From positions 2,112,894 to 2,176,893 of the forward strand of contig JAYQLI010000035.1 of NCBI GenBank assembly GCA_038143065.1: a stretch of 64,000 bases of DNA. The letters are read 5' to 3'. The position numbers were made by a program, and so were the translations under genes. Below, one piece after another: positions 45,319-56,759 of the stretch. The notes under the pieces are model-generated. The model saw only the letters and a program-made list of their open reading frames with translations. It was not told the origin of the DNA and made no database searches. The stretch comes from Rhodospirillales bacterium. GTDB taxonomy: Bacteria; Pseudomonadota; Alphaproteobacteria; Bin95. Numbering within the stretch: the first letter of the stretch is position 1; each line of letters opens with the position of its first letter.

Positions 45319-46116
45319 TCATAGACCCAAGACATCATTCATTGTGTATAGACCTGCGGGCTTGCCGTGTATCCAACTGGCAGAACGGACAGCCCCCCGC
45401 ACGAAGAGCGAGCGGTCTGTGCATCTATGAACTAGTTCTAGACGTTCACCTGCGCCTGCAAACATAACGGTATGCTCGCCGACCACATCCGCTCCTCTAA
45501 GGGTTGCGAACCCAATTGCCCCATCAGGCCTTTCTCCTGTCTCACCCTCTCGTGACCAAATTGCTACATCATCTAAGTTCACACCCCTGCCTCTAGCTGC
45601 TGCCTTTCCGAGGCCAACCGCTGTGCCTGATGGAGCGTCAATTTTATGTTTGTGATGCATTTCCATAATCTCGATGTCGTACTCAGGGTCTAGAATGCTA
45701 GCCACACGCTCAACAAGATTCATGAACACATTCACAACAACGCTCATGTTTGGAGCGTAGACAATGGGAATTTTTTTGCCGGCTGAAGCAAGCTCAGCCT
45801 CTTGATTGGCATCTAAGCCAGTAGTTCCTGTCACGTAGGCGGTGTTATGCTTTGCCGCTAATTTAGCATGTTGGGCAGTAGCGGTTGGGATGGAGAATTC
45901 AATTGCAACGTCCACTGTTTGAATGACGGTTTCTGCATCTCCACCAACGATTACCCCAATAGATCCAATCCCTGCAAGTTCACCTACGTCTTGTCCAATG
46001 AGTTCTGAACCAGGCACTTCAGAGGCTGCTGCAACTTCCATGTTATTTGCTTCATGGCAGAGTTTTACGATTAGCCTGCCCATGCGCCCACCCGCACCAA
46101 TAACCCCTACTCTCAT
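45319..46116 (-). CDS. dapB: 4-hydroxy-tetrahydrodipicolinate reductase
   Basis: GAGGRMG, GTTG, EMHHKHKIDAPSGTA, VGEHTV. Confidence 0.97.
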   Translation of the reverse strand: MRVGVIGAGGRMGRLIVKLCHEANNMEVAAASEVPGSELIGQDVGELAGIGSIGVIVGGDAETVIQTVDVAIEFSIPTATAQHAKLAAKHNTAYVTGTTGLDANQEAELASAGKKIPIVYAPNMSVVVNVFMNLVERVASILDPEYDIEIMEMHHKHKIDAPSGTAVGLGKAAARGRGVNLDDVAIWSREGETGERPDGAIGFATLRGADVVGEHTVMFAGAGERLELVHRCTDRSLFVRGAVRSASWIHGKPAGLYTMNDVLGL

Positions 46117-46281
46117 TTGCTATGCTCCTTGCAATCGCAAAAAAACTCAACTTATTCTATCTCATAAAAAGGGTATTGCAGGGATTAAAAATCCCTAGGG
46201 TGAGGAACGTAGAATTTTTAAGCACTTCTGAGTGCGAATTACCGTCCCTCAAAACCAACCATTTTTTTTATTGGGTGGAAG

Positions 46282-46358
46282 TGGCGGGAGTGACGGGGCT
46301 CGAACCCGCGACCTCTGGCGTGACAGGCCAGCGCTCTAACCAACTGAGCTACACCCCC
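46282..46358 (-). tRNA. tRNA-Asp(GTC)
   Basis: GGGGGTGTAGCTCAGTTGGTTAGAGCGCTGGCCT-GTC-ACGCCAGAGGTCGCGGGTTCGAGCCCCGTCACTCCCGCCA. Confidence 0.98.
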
Positions 46359-46440
46359 TTAAGAGGTTTAATTTTTCAAACTCTCTGGATACGGCGGTTA
46401 ATACGGACCACCGTCGTTTTCGTCAATAGGTACTCTTCAC

Positions 46441-47217
46441 TTAGGTTAAGTACACCCCGCCATTTACATGGATTGTTTGCCCGGTGGTGTAGGCCCCCTC
46501 TGGCGTACATAACAGTCGAACCATGCCGGCAATCTCATCAACTGTTCCCATTCTATTCAGGGGAATGCCACGATCATTCATTCCTGGGCGAGCGCCGGCC
46601 GATGCACCGCGGGTTGTGTCAATCATCCCCGGTGCGACGGCATTTACATTAATTCCATGTGGAGCCATTTCTCGAGCTAGCCCCCGCGTGAAACCTTCTA
46701 AACCAGCTTTGGCCGCGTTCACATGGATTCGGTTTAATGTTCCCACGCGATTAGAAATGCCACTAAGAGTAACTATTGCGCCCCCTTCGCCATTTGCAAC
46801 CATATGCTTTGCACAGGACTGGCAAACATTAAAAGCACCATCAAGCGCAACGCTGATTACGCCTTTCCATTCATCAAAGGACATATCTAGGAATGGAGTC
46901 TGTTTACGATGGGCTGCATTTGATACTGCCATATCTATACGGCCAAATTTTTCCATTGCAGCTTCAACCATAGCATCAACAGCAGCGCGATCTGTGACAT
47001 CGGCAAGGAAAGGCAAAGCTTGGATGCCGTAAGTTTGCTCAAGCATCGCAGCTGTTTCATCTACTGCAGCCTGATCAAAGCGACCATTTACAACAATATT
47101 GGCGCCAACAGCTGCTAGATGTTCCGCTATTCGCTGACCAATATTTTTTCCAGCGCCTGTAATTACCGCAGTTTTGCCCGCTAGAATTTTTGCTCCTGGG
47201 TCGATCATCAAGGTCAC
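46441..47217 (-). CDS. Short-chain dehydrogenase/reductase with atypical active site
   Basis: TGAGKNIG, SNAA, NAVAPGMIDT, TGQTIHVNGG; catalytic YxxxK reads VNAAK. Confidence 0.9.
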   Translation of the reverse strand: MTLMIDPGAKILAGKTAVITGAGKNIGQRIAEHLAAVGANIVVNGRFDQAAVDETAAMLEQTYGIQALPFLADVTDRAAVDAMVEAAMEKFGRIDMAVSNAAHRKQTPFLDMSFDEWKGVISVALDGAFNVCQSCAKHMVANGEGGAIVTLSGISNRVGTLNRIHVNAAKAGLEGFTRGLAREMAPHGINVNAVAPGMIDTTRGASAGARPGMNDRGIPLNRMGTVDEIAGMVRLLCTPEGAYTTGQTIHVNGGVYLT

Positions 47218-47232
47218 CTAGCTTCTGTAGTT

Positions 47233-47258
47233 AAAAAAAACGCCGCTCTAAAGCGGCG
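47233..47258 (-). terminator. Intrinsic terminator after tRNA-Val
   Basis: On minus strand CGCCGCT-TTAG-AGCGGCG followed by T8. Confidence 0.85.
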
Positions 47259-47259
47259 A

Positions 47260-47335
47260 TGGTGGGCGATGACAGACTCGAACTGCCGACATCCTCGGTG
47301 TAAACGAGGCGCTCTACCAACTGAGCTAATCGCCC
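47260..47335 (-). tRNA. tRNA-Val(TAC)
   Basis: GGGCGATTAGCTCAGTTGGTAGAGCGCCTCGTT-TAC-ACCGAGGATGTCGGCAGTTCGAGTCTGTCATCGCCCACCA. Confidence 0.98.
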
Positions 47336-47399
47336 GAAATGCTATAACCTTTTAGTGATAGGCGGCATACACAAGTGTAAGCCGCCTAACAACTAAAAA

Positions 47400-47672
47400 T
47401 TAATTTAAAGCGTCTTTAAGGCCTTTGCCTGCCTTGAACTTAGGCTGCTTTGACGCCTTGATTTGGATGGTTTCGCCGGTGCGTGGGTTGCGACCAGTTG
47501 TTGCCGCACGGCTTGCTACGGCAAATGTGCCGAAACCAACAATGCGCACATCATCACCCTTTTTAAGGGCGCCCTCGATAGCATTAAAGACGGCATCAAT
47601 GGCATTTCCGGCATCTGCTTTAGTGATACCAGCTTCTTCCGCTACTGCGGCGACGAGTTCATTTTTATTCAC
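47400..47672 (-). CDS. hupB: DNA-binding protein HU
   Basis: GTG start, MNKNELVAAVAE...VGFGTF...GRNPRTGE...PKFKAGKGLKDALN; followed by tRNA-Val. Confidence 0.95.
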   Translation of the reverse strand: MNKNELVAAVAEEAGITKADAGNAIDAVFNAIEGALKKGDDVRIVGFGTFAVASRAATTGRNPRTGETIQIKASKQPKFKAGKGLKDALN

Positions 47673-47862
47673 TTGCTGCTCCCCTATTCTGAGTCCATTC
47701 CCACTGGTGGGGTGAACAAAACCAGGTGTTTCTAATAAAGAGCAGAATACAGGCGATCGAGCTGCCGTCAACGCGATAGTGCATTGGATTATCAACAGCC
47801 AACAAAACAAGGCCTCGCAAAAAATTTGTGAGGGGAGCAACATGGTATCTCAGGAGAAGAAT

Positions 47863-48783
47863 ATGAGTGAGCAAACAAAGCGCTACCGGGATGGCCTTGG
47901 CTATGACCATGAATTATATCCTTGGAGCATGCTTAGTGGCCGGAAATCATTAGAATGGCCAGGGAGGCGCTAGAATTGCACTTGCCTGCTTTGTGCACCT
48001 GGAAAATTTCGAAATTGACCCTCCAAGTGGAGCAATTGCCGATCCACGGTTTGGTGGAGCTCTAGGGTCTTACGACCCTGATTACCAAAATCACACTAGG
48101 CGATTACATGGATTGCGTGTTGGGTATTTTCGTGTGTTGGAAATTCTGGAGAGGTACGGGGTTAAGGCAACAATTACCTTCAACTCTTCAGTAGCTGAAA
48201 GTTATCCTTACCTAGTAGAGCGGGCCCTTAAGGGCGACCATGGTTTGGTAGCTAGAGGTGTTTCTGCTCGCCAGATGATTTCTCAAAGCATGAGCGAACA
48301 AGAAGAAAAAAAACACATCAGCATAGTATTGATACCCTTGAGAGGATTTCTGGTCGTTCAGTCAAAGGCTGGGCTGGTCAAGATATGGGAGAAAGCGATA
48401 GGACCCCGAGGATACTCAAGGAGTTAGGATTAACTCACGTTATAGATTGGCCGAACGATGATATTCCATATCCTATGGATGTATCAGGAAAAGGTGATGC
48501 TCCCCTCATTTCTATTCCTAATCAGACAGAATGGGATGATGCTGAACTTTTCGCTGTGCGGCATGTGGATCCCTGGAGATATCCTGAAATATTTCGAAGC
48601 GCCTTTAATCATCTCTACAATGAAGGCGGTCAGATGTTTGGTTTTGGCGTCCATCCATGGATTTTTGGGCAGGCTTTTCGCATTAAATACCTAGAAGAGG
48701 CAATTTCTGCCACCGAGGACATGCCTGGTATTTGGAGGGCCACTTCAGACGAAATTGCAGAATGGACAATTTCAAACCTCTAG
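47863..48783 (+). CDS. Polysaccharide deacetylase (PuuE-like) family protein (two apparent frameshifts)
   Basis: WPG..RIA, HGLRVGYFRV, DWPNDDIPY, VHPWIFGQAFRI. Confidence 0.8.
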
Positions 48784-48792
48784 GATTTACGC

Positions 48793-49903
48793 TTAAGCAA
48801 GCCGCATTTTAGTTTTTGAACGGATCATGTCGAAGTCGATATCGGCGCCTAGCCCAGGACGTTCCATAGCATGAACGTGCCCGTCTACGATCTCTATGTC
48901 AGGGTTGAGGCCATATTTTTGAGCGCCAGCAGGTAAGAGTACCTCAAAGAAAGACGTGTTGGGGATGGCCATTGCAAGATGAAGGTTTGCTACATTGTTC
49001 AGAGAATTACCTCCATGGTGGATTTCGTAATTCATTTTAAAAGCCTCGGCGAGGTGGGCTGCTTTTAAGCAGCCAGTAAGCCCTCCTTTCACAGCCACAT
49101 CGCCTCTTAAATAGTCCGTCGCCTGCATTATCAACCAAGGAGCATACGAATAGAGTCCGCCAGGCGAGTACTCAGTTGCCATCAAAGGAATGGAGAGTTT
49201 TTGGCGAAGTTTTGGATAATTTAATAAATCTTCCTCGTCGAGAGGATCCTCAAACCAGTGGAAGTTTAAGTCTTCGATAACACGACCAACCTTAAGAGCC
49301 GCTGGATAGTCATAGGCCCAAGTGCTATCCAACATTAAGCGATAATCATCGCCCACAGAGCGTCTAACTGCATTGCAAACCTTGATGTCCAGATCGGGGT
49401 CAGTGGGGGTGGATTTTGTAGGCGGCCCAGCCATCCTCCATAAATGTGAGTGCTTCTTCAGCATACGCTTCTGGAGTGTTTAGAACGGCAGAAGATGCAT
49501 AAGCAGGGATTTTATCTCTGAACTGGCCAATAAGCTTGGCGATGGGTAACCCAGCAATTTTGCCTGCTATGTCCCAAAGTGCAATGTCGCATGCGCCAAT
49601 TGCACGGAGAGTAGTTGTGCGATTTTTACGATATAGCTTTTTGTAAATGAGCTCTCGGTCTAGTGGGTTTTGACCCATCAGAACAGGCTTCAAATAATGG
49701 ATTAGGCTCTCCCCATCCATCTGGGCGCCACGGTTTGCAGAGCCAAGAAAGGCATGCCCTTCGACACCATCGCGCGTTTTTACTGTTAGTAAGCCAAGTT
49801 GGCTGGCACCAGCAAAAGTGCCTGTATGATTTCCATACTGAGTTGGTGGAATATCGTCCCAGGCAAAGAGGTCCAGGGTAACATCAACTATTACGTCAGC
49901 CAT
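48793..49903 (-). CDS. Mandelate racemase/muconate lactonizing enzyme family protein (frameshift near 49405)
   Basis: DIALWDIAGK, IPAYAS, YKIH, LMLD, WFEDP, RPGLG. Confidence 0.9.
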
Positions 49904-49940
49904 TTGCCCCCCTAATTACTGGGTCCTGCTTTGCCAAGTT

Positions 49941-51899
49941 TTACTCAAAAGTCATGATGGTTTCGTCGGCTTTGAGGCTAACACCAGCCTCTACTACCAC
50001 GCCAGAAACCGTGGATGATTTCTCAGCTCGAAGCACGTTTTCCATTTTCATGGCTTCAACGATCGCGAGAGCTTGGCCAGGTTCAACCGTATCGCCTTCA
50101 GAAACAAGAACTGTCTTGAGCAGGCCTGGCATAGGTGACAACAAGAGGTTCGAAGTGTCCGGTTCCTGCTTCTCAGGCATCAGGTGGTAAAGTGCCGCCA
50201 CACTAGGAGACAGAACAAGCGCCCTCGACTCTGTTCCTCGATGGGTTAGACGGTAGCCAGCACCGTCACGATCGATTTGAATGGTGACACGGGTGCCGTC
50301 AATTTTCCATCAAAAATTAGAGATGCGGGATCAAGATTGCCCTCAAGCCTTATCGGACGCTCACCCAAGTTTACGGTAGCCCCGTCTGCTTCCAGACTAA
50401 CTTTTACATCTCTTCTCTCATCTCCAATGCATACGGTGAACTCTAACTCGTGAGAGATCTCTCTCTCTCGTCGAACTTGGGCCGCATGGCGTGCAGCAGA
50501 GACTGATGAGAGAGCATCCATGCGTGTTGGAACCAGTTCCGTCTCTATAAAACCATCCCTGAACTCTTCATCAATGAAGGCTGTAGAAATTTGGCCTTCC
50601 CGAAATCGATTGTGGTCAACCACAGCCGATAGAAAAGTAAGATTGTGGCGTATTCCCCTGACCTGGAATTTGTCTAGTGCGAGACTCATACGATCTATGG
50701 CCTCTGTGCGATTGGCACCATGGGTAACCAACTTCGCCAGCATAGGGTCATAGAACATCGATACTTCACCGCCCTCGGCGACACCGGTATCTACACGCAC
50801 ATGATTCGTCTCTGCAGGCGGACGATAGCGGGTAAGGCGTCCAATCGATGGCGCAAAATTGCGCGTGGGGTCTTCAGCATACAACCGACACTCGAGTGAC
50901 CAACCGTTGATTCTAAGGTCTTCTTGACCAAAGGATAGGTTCTCACCATTGGCAACACGGAGCATCTGCTCAACAAGATCCAGCCCCGTAATCATTTCAG
51001 TTACTGGGTGCTCCACCTGCAGTCGAGTATTCATTTCCAGAAAATAGAAATCGCGGTTGGGGCCAACAATAAATTCAACCGTTCCTGCAGATTGGTAGCC
51101 CACGGCTTTCGCAAGTGATACGGCTTGAGCACCCATTTTATTCCGAGTTGCTTCATCCAAAAACGGGCTGGGGGCTTCTTCAACAACTTTCTGATGACGC
51201 CGTTGGATAGAGCACTCACGCTCGAACAGATGGACAACGTTACCGTGGCTGTCAGCCAGCACTTGAATTTCAATATGTCTTGGCTCTACTACAAATTTTT
51301 CAATGAAGACGCGATCATCACCAAAACTCGATTTTGCTTCTGAGGCAGCGCGTACAAGCCCATCACGCGTTTCTTCGTCATTAAATGCAATTCGCATCCC
51401 TTTGCCACCGCCACCAGCTGATGCCTTTAGCATTACTGGGTAGCCAATTTCATTGGCTATTTTCACTGCTTCATCGGGATCGGAAATTGCGTCTGCGGAT
51501 CCGGGTACGGTTGATACACCCGCTTCTTTAGCGAGACGTTTTGATTCGATTTTATCGCCCATTGCATCGATGGCATTGGGTGGTGGTCCAATGAATACTA
51601 ATCCTGCCTCTGCAACCGAGCGGGCAAAATTTGCATTCTCAGAAAGAAATCCCGAAGCCGGGATGAATGGCTTCTGCTCCCGTATCCTTTGCGGCCTGAA
51701 TGATCTTGTCTGCGAGCAGATAGCTTTCTGCTGCAGATGGTGGTCCGATATGAACCGCCTCATCAGCCTGCAACACGTAGGGACTATCGATATCTGCATC
51801 TGAGAAGACTGCTACTGTTTTCACACCCATACGCTTCGCCGTTTTAATTACGCGACACGCAATTTCGCCGCGATTTGCGATTAGGATCTTGGAAAACAT
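49941..51899 (-). CDS. pccA: Propionyl-CoA carboxylase alpha chain (biotin carboxylase + biotin carrier; two frameshifts)
   Basis: [45 protein letters not shown]. Confidence 0.88.
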
Positions 51900-52088
51900 G
51901 CTTGCTCTCTCACTTATGGAACTGTTTTTTTCTTTATACCAACAAAGTTTCCTGCAGCCGCTTTAGCATCGAGAAATAATGGCAGGCCGCGGGGGTCTCT
52001 GTGATTTTTGCCGATCTTAAATATCGACTTGGTCAGAATTTGTCATCTGCTTGGAGAGATCCTTATTAGCTACCTCTCCAGAAAAAAT

Positions 52089-53716
52089 TTAAGCTGTAAT
52101 GCCTGATTTGCTATCAGTGAGAATCATTTCAGCACCCTTTTCTGCGATCATTAAGGTAGGAGAGTTGGTGTTGCCTGAGGTTATTCTTGGCATCACTGAA
52201 GCGTCTGCAATACGAATATTAGCCAATGCTTTGAGGCGTAGTCGCGAGTCTACAGGAGCATCGGAATCCTCTCCCATACGGGCAGTCCCAACGGGATGAA
52301 ATATTGTAGTGGCAATATCGCCTGCAGCACGCGCCAATTCCTCATCACCATCAATGCGTGGTCCAGGCTTAAACTCTTCAGGCTGGTAACGTAGCATTGC
52401 TGGCTGACTGGCGATGTGACGCGTCAGACGAACGGCTTGGGCCGCCACAATGCGGTCAGCTGGGTCAGAAAGGTAGTTTGGGTGAATTTCTGGGGCCTCT
52501 CTGAAATCAGAGGAGGCAGCTCTTACTTCACCACGGCTCTCAGGGCGAAGGTTGCAAACCGAGGCTGTGAATGCAGGAAATGGATGTAGTGGTTCTCCAA
52601 ATTTTCAAGGCTCAGAGGCTGCACGTGATATTGCAGGTTTGGCGTCTCACGAGATGGGTCAGATTTCGCGAAGCAACCGAGTTGGCTTGGGGCCATAGTA
52701 AGGGGCCCACGCCGAAAAAGCGCGTAGTTTAGGCCCATTCCCATCTTTCCCAAAATAGAGTTAGCCTGTTCATTCAATGTTTTTACGCCATTCACTTTGT
52801 ATGCAAGTCGTACCTGCAAATGGTCCTGCAGGTTTCGGCCCAAGCCATCAACATTTGCAACCAAACTGACGCCGATTTTTTGCAGCCACTCGCCAGGTCC
52901 TATTCCAGAAAGTTGAAGGATGTGGGGTGTTCCTATGGAGCCAGCTGCTAAAACAACTTCCCCTGCAACATTCGCCTGCTTAGAAACTCCATCCTGGTTA
53001 AACAGAACGGCAGTAGTTTTCGCTTCTTTGATTTCTAGTTTCTCGACCTGGGCATTGGTAGCGACAACTAGGTTTTGCCTGCCAGCAATAGGTTTCAGGA
53101 ATGCTTTAGATGCGTTCCATCTTACACCACGACGCTGATTTACATGAAAGTAACCAACGCCCTCATTATTGCCGCGGTTGAAATCTTTGACCGCAGGTAT
53201 TCCTGCCTGGACAGCAGCTTCGCGGAAGGCGTCTAGAATTTCCCATGAGAGTCGGGGTTCCTCTACCCTCCATTCTCCTCCTGCTCCGTGCAGGTCATCA
53301 GCACCGCCTTTAAAATCCTCCGTTTTCCGAAAATAAGGAAGGACATCATCCCAGGCCCAGCCCACGGCGCCCAGCTGACGCCAGCCATAATAGTCCCGAG
53401 CCTGACCGCGCATATAAATCATACAATTGATTGATGAGCACCCTCCCAAAACTTTCCCTCGTGGGTAGTCAAGCACGCGGCCATTGAGACCTTCCTCTGC
53501 CACTGTTTTGTAACACCAATCCGTGCGCGGATTCATCATTGTGTACAGGTAGCCAACCGGAATATGTATCCAATGCCAGTTATCTTTTCCGCCTGCTTCA
53601 AGAAGCAAAACGCGATTTTCTGGATTCGCCGAGAGACGGTTAGCAAGTAAACATCCAGCGGTCCCAGCACCTATGACCACGTAGTCGAATAAGCCGATAC
53701 TTTGGCGATCTTTCAT
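52089..53716 (-). CDS. GMC family oxidoreductase (choline dehydrogenase-like; frameshift near 52590)
   Basis: GAGTAGCLLANRL, PRGKVLGG, NLQDHLQ, FHPVGTARMG, SGNTNSPT. Confidence 0.92.
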
Positions 53717-53793
53717 GCCATTACCCTCTTCGCGCAAGATACTTTTACAGGCATATACTTATTTTACAAAAATTCTAAGGGGAAAGCGGCGTG

Positions 53794-54584
53794 ATGGAGT
53801 ATGTGGAGGCTAATGGAGCAGTTTTCGAACCGAGAGGGTTGGGGGTGGTTCAGGTCATCCATTACTGCTGATCCATGAGCTGGGCGGTGACATGATGAGT
53901 TGGGATCCCGCAATTGCAGCGGGTTTGGTAAGTAATCGACCTGCACTACGCATGGATTGGCGTGGTGCAGGTATGTCTGAAAAAATTCGCGGACCATTCG
54001 ACATCGATATTATGTGTGCAGACATCATGAACGTTGTGAAGGAAACAGGTTTTGGTGGTGTTGGACCTATTGATGTACTCGGCATTGCGTTAGGCGGGGG
54101 CGTAGCTATTGGGCTTGCAATTCGCTATCCGGAGCTAGTGCGTCGGATGATTTCTACCAGCTCTGCAATCGGTGGAGCAGGTGCCAGAGACCGCATGTTG
54201 CAACGGGCTGCAGGCGTAGAAAAAGAGGGTATGCGACCTTATTGCGAATCTAGTCATGCTGTTTCTTTCGCTGAACCTCTGCGAACAGATCCAGAATTGT
54301 ATGCTTGGTACCGTAAAAAATGGATATCCCAAGACCCGGCAAGCTTCGCAGCCCATAACAGGATGCTAGCTAATATGGACGAAACTCTAAATCTTGGGAA
54401 AATTAAGGCGCAAACTCTTATCCTCTCGGGTACTCATGACCCCTTGAGGACCCCTCAAGCTGTTAAAGAAATTGCAGATGCTATTCCGGGATCTCAGTAT
54501 GAGGAGTTGGATACAGGCCACTTTATGCATGTACAGACACCGAATCTGTGCGCTACTCGCATTCCGGCATTCCTCGACGCATAG
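53794..54584 (+). CDS. Alpha/beta hydrolase, enol-lactonase-like, with Ala at the nucleophile position (5' frameshift)
   Basis: LIHELGG, DWRGAGMS, GIALGG, GTHD, TGHFM. Confidence 0.82.
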
Positions 54585-54609
54585 AATTTTACTCGAAAGG
54601 ACTTGATCA

Positions 54610-55417
54610 ATGAACGACGTCTATGAGTTATACGCCATAAAATATGGCGAAACTGAAAACCGACCTATGAGTGAAAATTACATAGGTGGAGATCCTCACG
54701 ATACCAGTCAGAATTTGGCTTATTTCATCTGGGTGGCTACGAACAATGAACGGACGTTTGTTATTGATACGGGTTTTAACTACGAAGTAGCAGCCGCGCG
54801 AAGGACGGAAATTAGATCGTTTGCCGCGGGAAGGACTTGACCTGATTGGAATTGATGCAGAGAAAGTTGAGCAGGTTATCATAACACACCTCCATTATGA
54901 TCACGCTGGAACATTTACAGATTTTGGCAATGCTCGGCTGCATTTACAGGACAGTGAAATGGCGATGGCTACGGGGCGGTGTATGTGCCATGCACCCCTG
55001 AGGCTTCCGTATCATGTTGACGACGTATGTGAGATGGTTCGTAAGGTTTATGCCGAGCAAGTAGACTTTCATAATGGCGATCAAGAAATTGCTCCGGGCA
55101 TAAGTTTACATCTCTGTGCTGGTCATGCTGCAGGTCTTCAGTCAGTTAGAGTAAAAACTCGCCGTGGTTGGGTCATGGTTGCTTCAGACGCAACCCACCT
55201 CTACATGAATTTTAAGGACAAAAAGCCGTTTCCGATAATGGTAAACATGGCAGAGATGATGGAGAGTTGGGGAAAGCTAATCCGGCTTGGTGATAGTATT
55301 GATCACGTTGTGCCTGGCCATGATCCTAAGGTGCTTGAATATTATCCAGCAGCGGACCCTAAACTTGAGGGAATTGTTGCTAGATTGGATGTGGCGCCAA
55401 AGGTGTCTATCGCATGA
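54610..55417 (+). CDS. N-acyl-homoserine-lactonase family metallo-beta-lactamase-fold hydrolase (one frameshift)
   Basis: VIDTG, THLHYDHAG, GHAAG, SDATH, VPGHDP. Confidence 0.88.
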
Positions 55418-56276
55418 CTGACTGGTCAGAGCGCCGTAAAGCCTTCCGGCAAGTAATCGAAGGTCAAGCATGTGTTCATCCAGCATCTATTTTTGATCCA
55501 ATGTCAGCCCGAATTGCTCAGTCAATTGGATTTGAGATAGGGATGCTGGCTGGATCTACGGGATCACTGACTGTCTTAGGTGCCCCTGATTTGATTGTAC
55601 TGACCCTAACAGAATTTGCAGACCAGGCGCTTCGTATTAACCGGGCAGCAGAAATTCCATTGATGGTTGATGCAGATCATGGTTATGGCAATGCATTAAG
55701 TGTTATGCGTACCGTACAAGAACTAGAGACTGCCGGTGTTTCTGGAATGTCGATTGAAGATACGGAGCTACCCCAACCGTTTGGTGAGACTAAACAGCGC
55801 CTTCTTTCCATCGAAGAGGGAGTTGGAAAGATGAAAGCGGCGATGGCCGCCAAGCAAGATCCAAAGTTAGTCGTCGCTGGGCGCACAAGTGCGATCCAAA
55901 TTTCTGGGCTGGAGGAATGTTTGCGGCGAGCAAAAGCCTACGAGGCTTGTGATGTCGATATACTCTTTTTTGTTGGGGTAAAGACGCGGGCAGAATTAGA
56001 TGCGTTGTCTGCTGCTACGACATTACCAATAATGCTGGGGGGGCGACGCCTGAACTTTCGGACAAAGAATACCTCGCTAGTCGGCGCGTACGAATTGCTC
56101 TTCAAGGTCATCAGCCTATCATGGCGGGCATAGAGGCGGTAAGAGCCACTATGCAGGCTCTTCGTGATGGAACCTCACCAAAAGACTTAACTGGCTTGCC
56201 GTTGGCCGAAACTGTAAAAGTTGCTACGCGATCGGCTGATTATGACCGTTGGAGCGCGGATTTTCTCGGCCAATGA
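55414..56276 (+). CDS. Oxaloacetate decarboxylase-like enzyme (isocitrate lyase/PEP mutase family; frameshift in G run near 56040)
   Basis: FDPMSARIA, DADHGYGNAL, IEDTELPQPFG (no KxCGH loop), like Pseudomonas PA4872. Confidence 0.85.
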
Positions 56277-56554
56277 CACCAGAAAATCTTCGCCTCTCTG
56301 CGGAAGAAGATGCACCGCCAGCAAATCTTTCGCCGCTGCTTTGTGCTCTTTGGTTCGCTGCTAAGAACCAATGGAATGTGGCACATGAGATTGTTCAAGC
56401 AGAAGACGGCAAGGATGCCGCCTGGGTCCATGCCCACTTGCATCGTATTGAGGGCGACCTTGCTAACGCTAGTTATTGGTATCGTCGTGCTGGAAAGGTG
56501 GAACGTTCGAGCTCTTTAAGTGATGAATGGGAAGAGATCGTAACGGCACTATAG
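56273..56554 (+). CDS. Conserved hypothetical protein
   Basis: WNVAHEIVQ, AWVHAHLHRIEGDLANASYWYRRAG; ATGA overlap with upstream gene. Confidence 0.8.
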   Translation: MTPENLRLSAEEDAPPANLSPLLCALWFAAKNQWNVAHEIVQAEDGKDAAWVHAHLHRIEGDLANASYWYRRAGKVERSSSLSDEWEEIVTAL

Positions 56555-56649
56555 TTCCTCAGTCTAAGGGTAATAGCCGTAGCTCCATCTGGATCGGTTT
56601 AAGCCCTCATCCAGGTGTTAGCCTAAGAGACGGTTTGTGCTTTAGCGGT

Positions 56650-56759
56650 TCTGGAAAACCTTTTTTGCTTCAAAGTATTGAGGCCTATTTTCCAAGGCGT
56701 GAAAGCGCATTCGCCATAGCGAGCCCCCCAATGTTGGCAATACGAATATCTTTAATCAT
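56650..56759 (-). pseudogene. Degenerate N-terminal remnant of an FAD-dependent oxidoreductase
   Basis: ATGA-coupled to MFS stop; MIKDIRIANIGGLAMANALSRLGK*ASI(fs)FEAK resembles a Rossmann FAD-binding start with internal deletion and stop. Confidence 0.45.

Noticed and set aside
46282-47335. tRNA genes as integration sites of a genomic island
   Set aside because: No duplicated tRNA 3' end or integrase noticed nearby
49400-49402. Other TGA stops at ORF breaks (mandelate racemase, xerD 23297, ispE 12188, MBL 62787) as Sec codons
   Set aside because: Homology continues in a different frame and there is no Cys-equivalent context; these are frameshifts
51897-51924. TTATGGAACT resembling the XerD arm of an alphaproteobacterial dif site
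   Set aside because: No matching XerC arm at the 6-bp spacing; it lies in the pccA translation-initiation region
52035-52083. TCTGGAGAG...ATCTCTC on the minus strand resembling a glycine riboswitch aptamer
   Set aside because: The central CCGAAG core is missing and the downstream gene is pccA; probably a simple hairpin after the GMC gene
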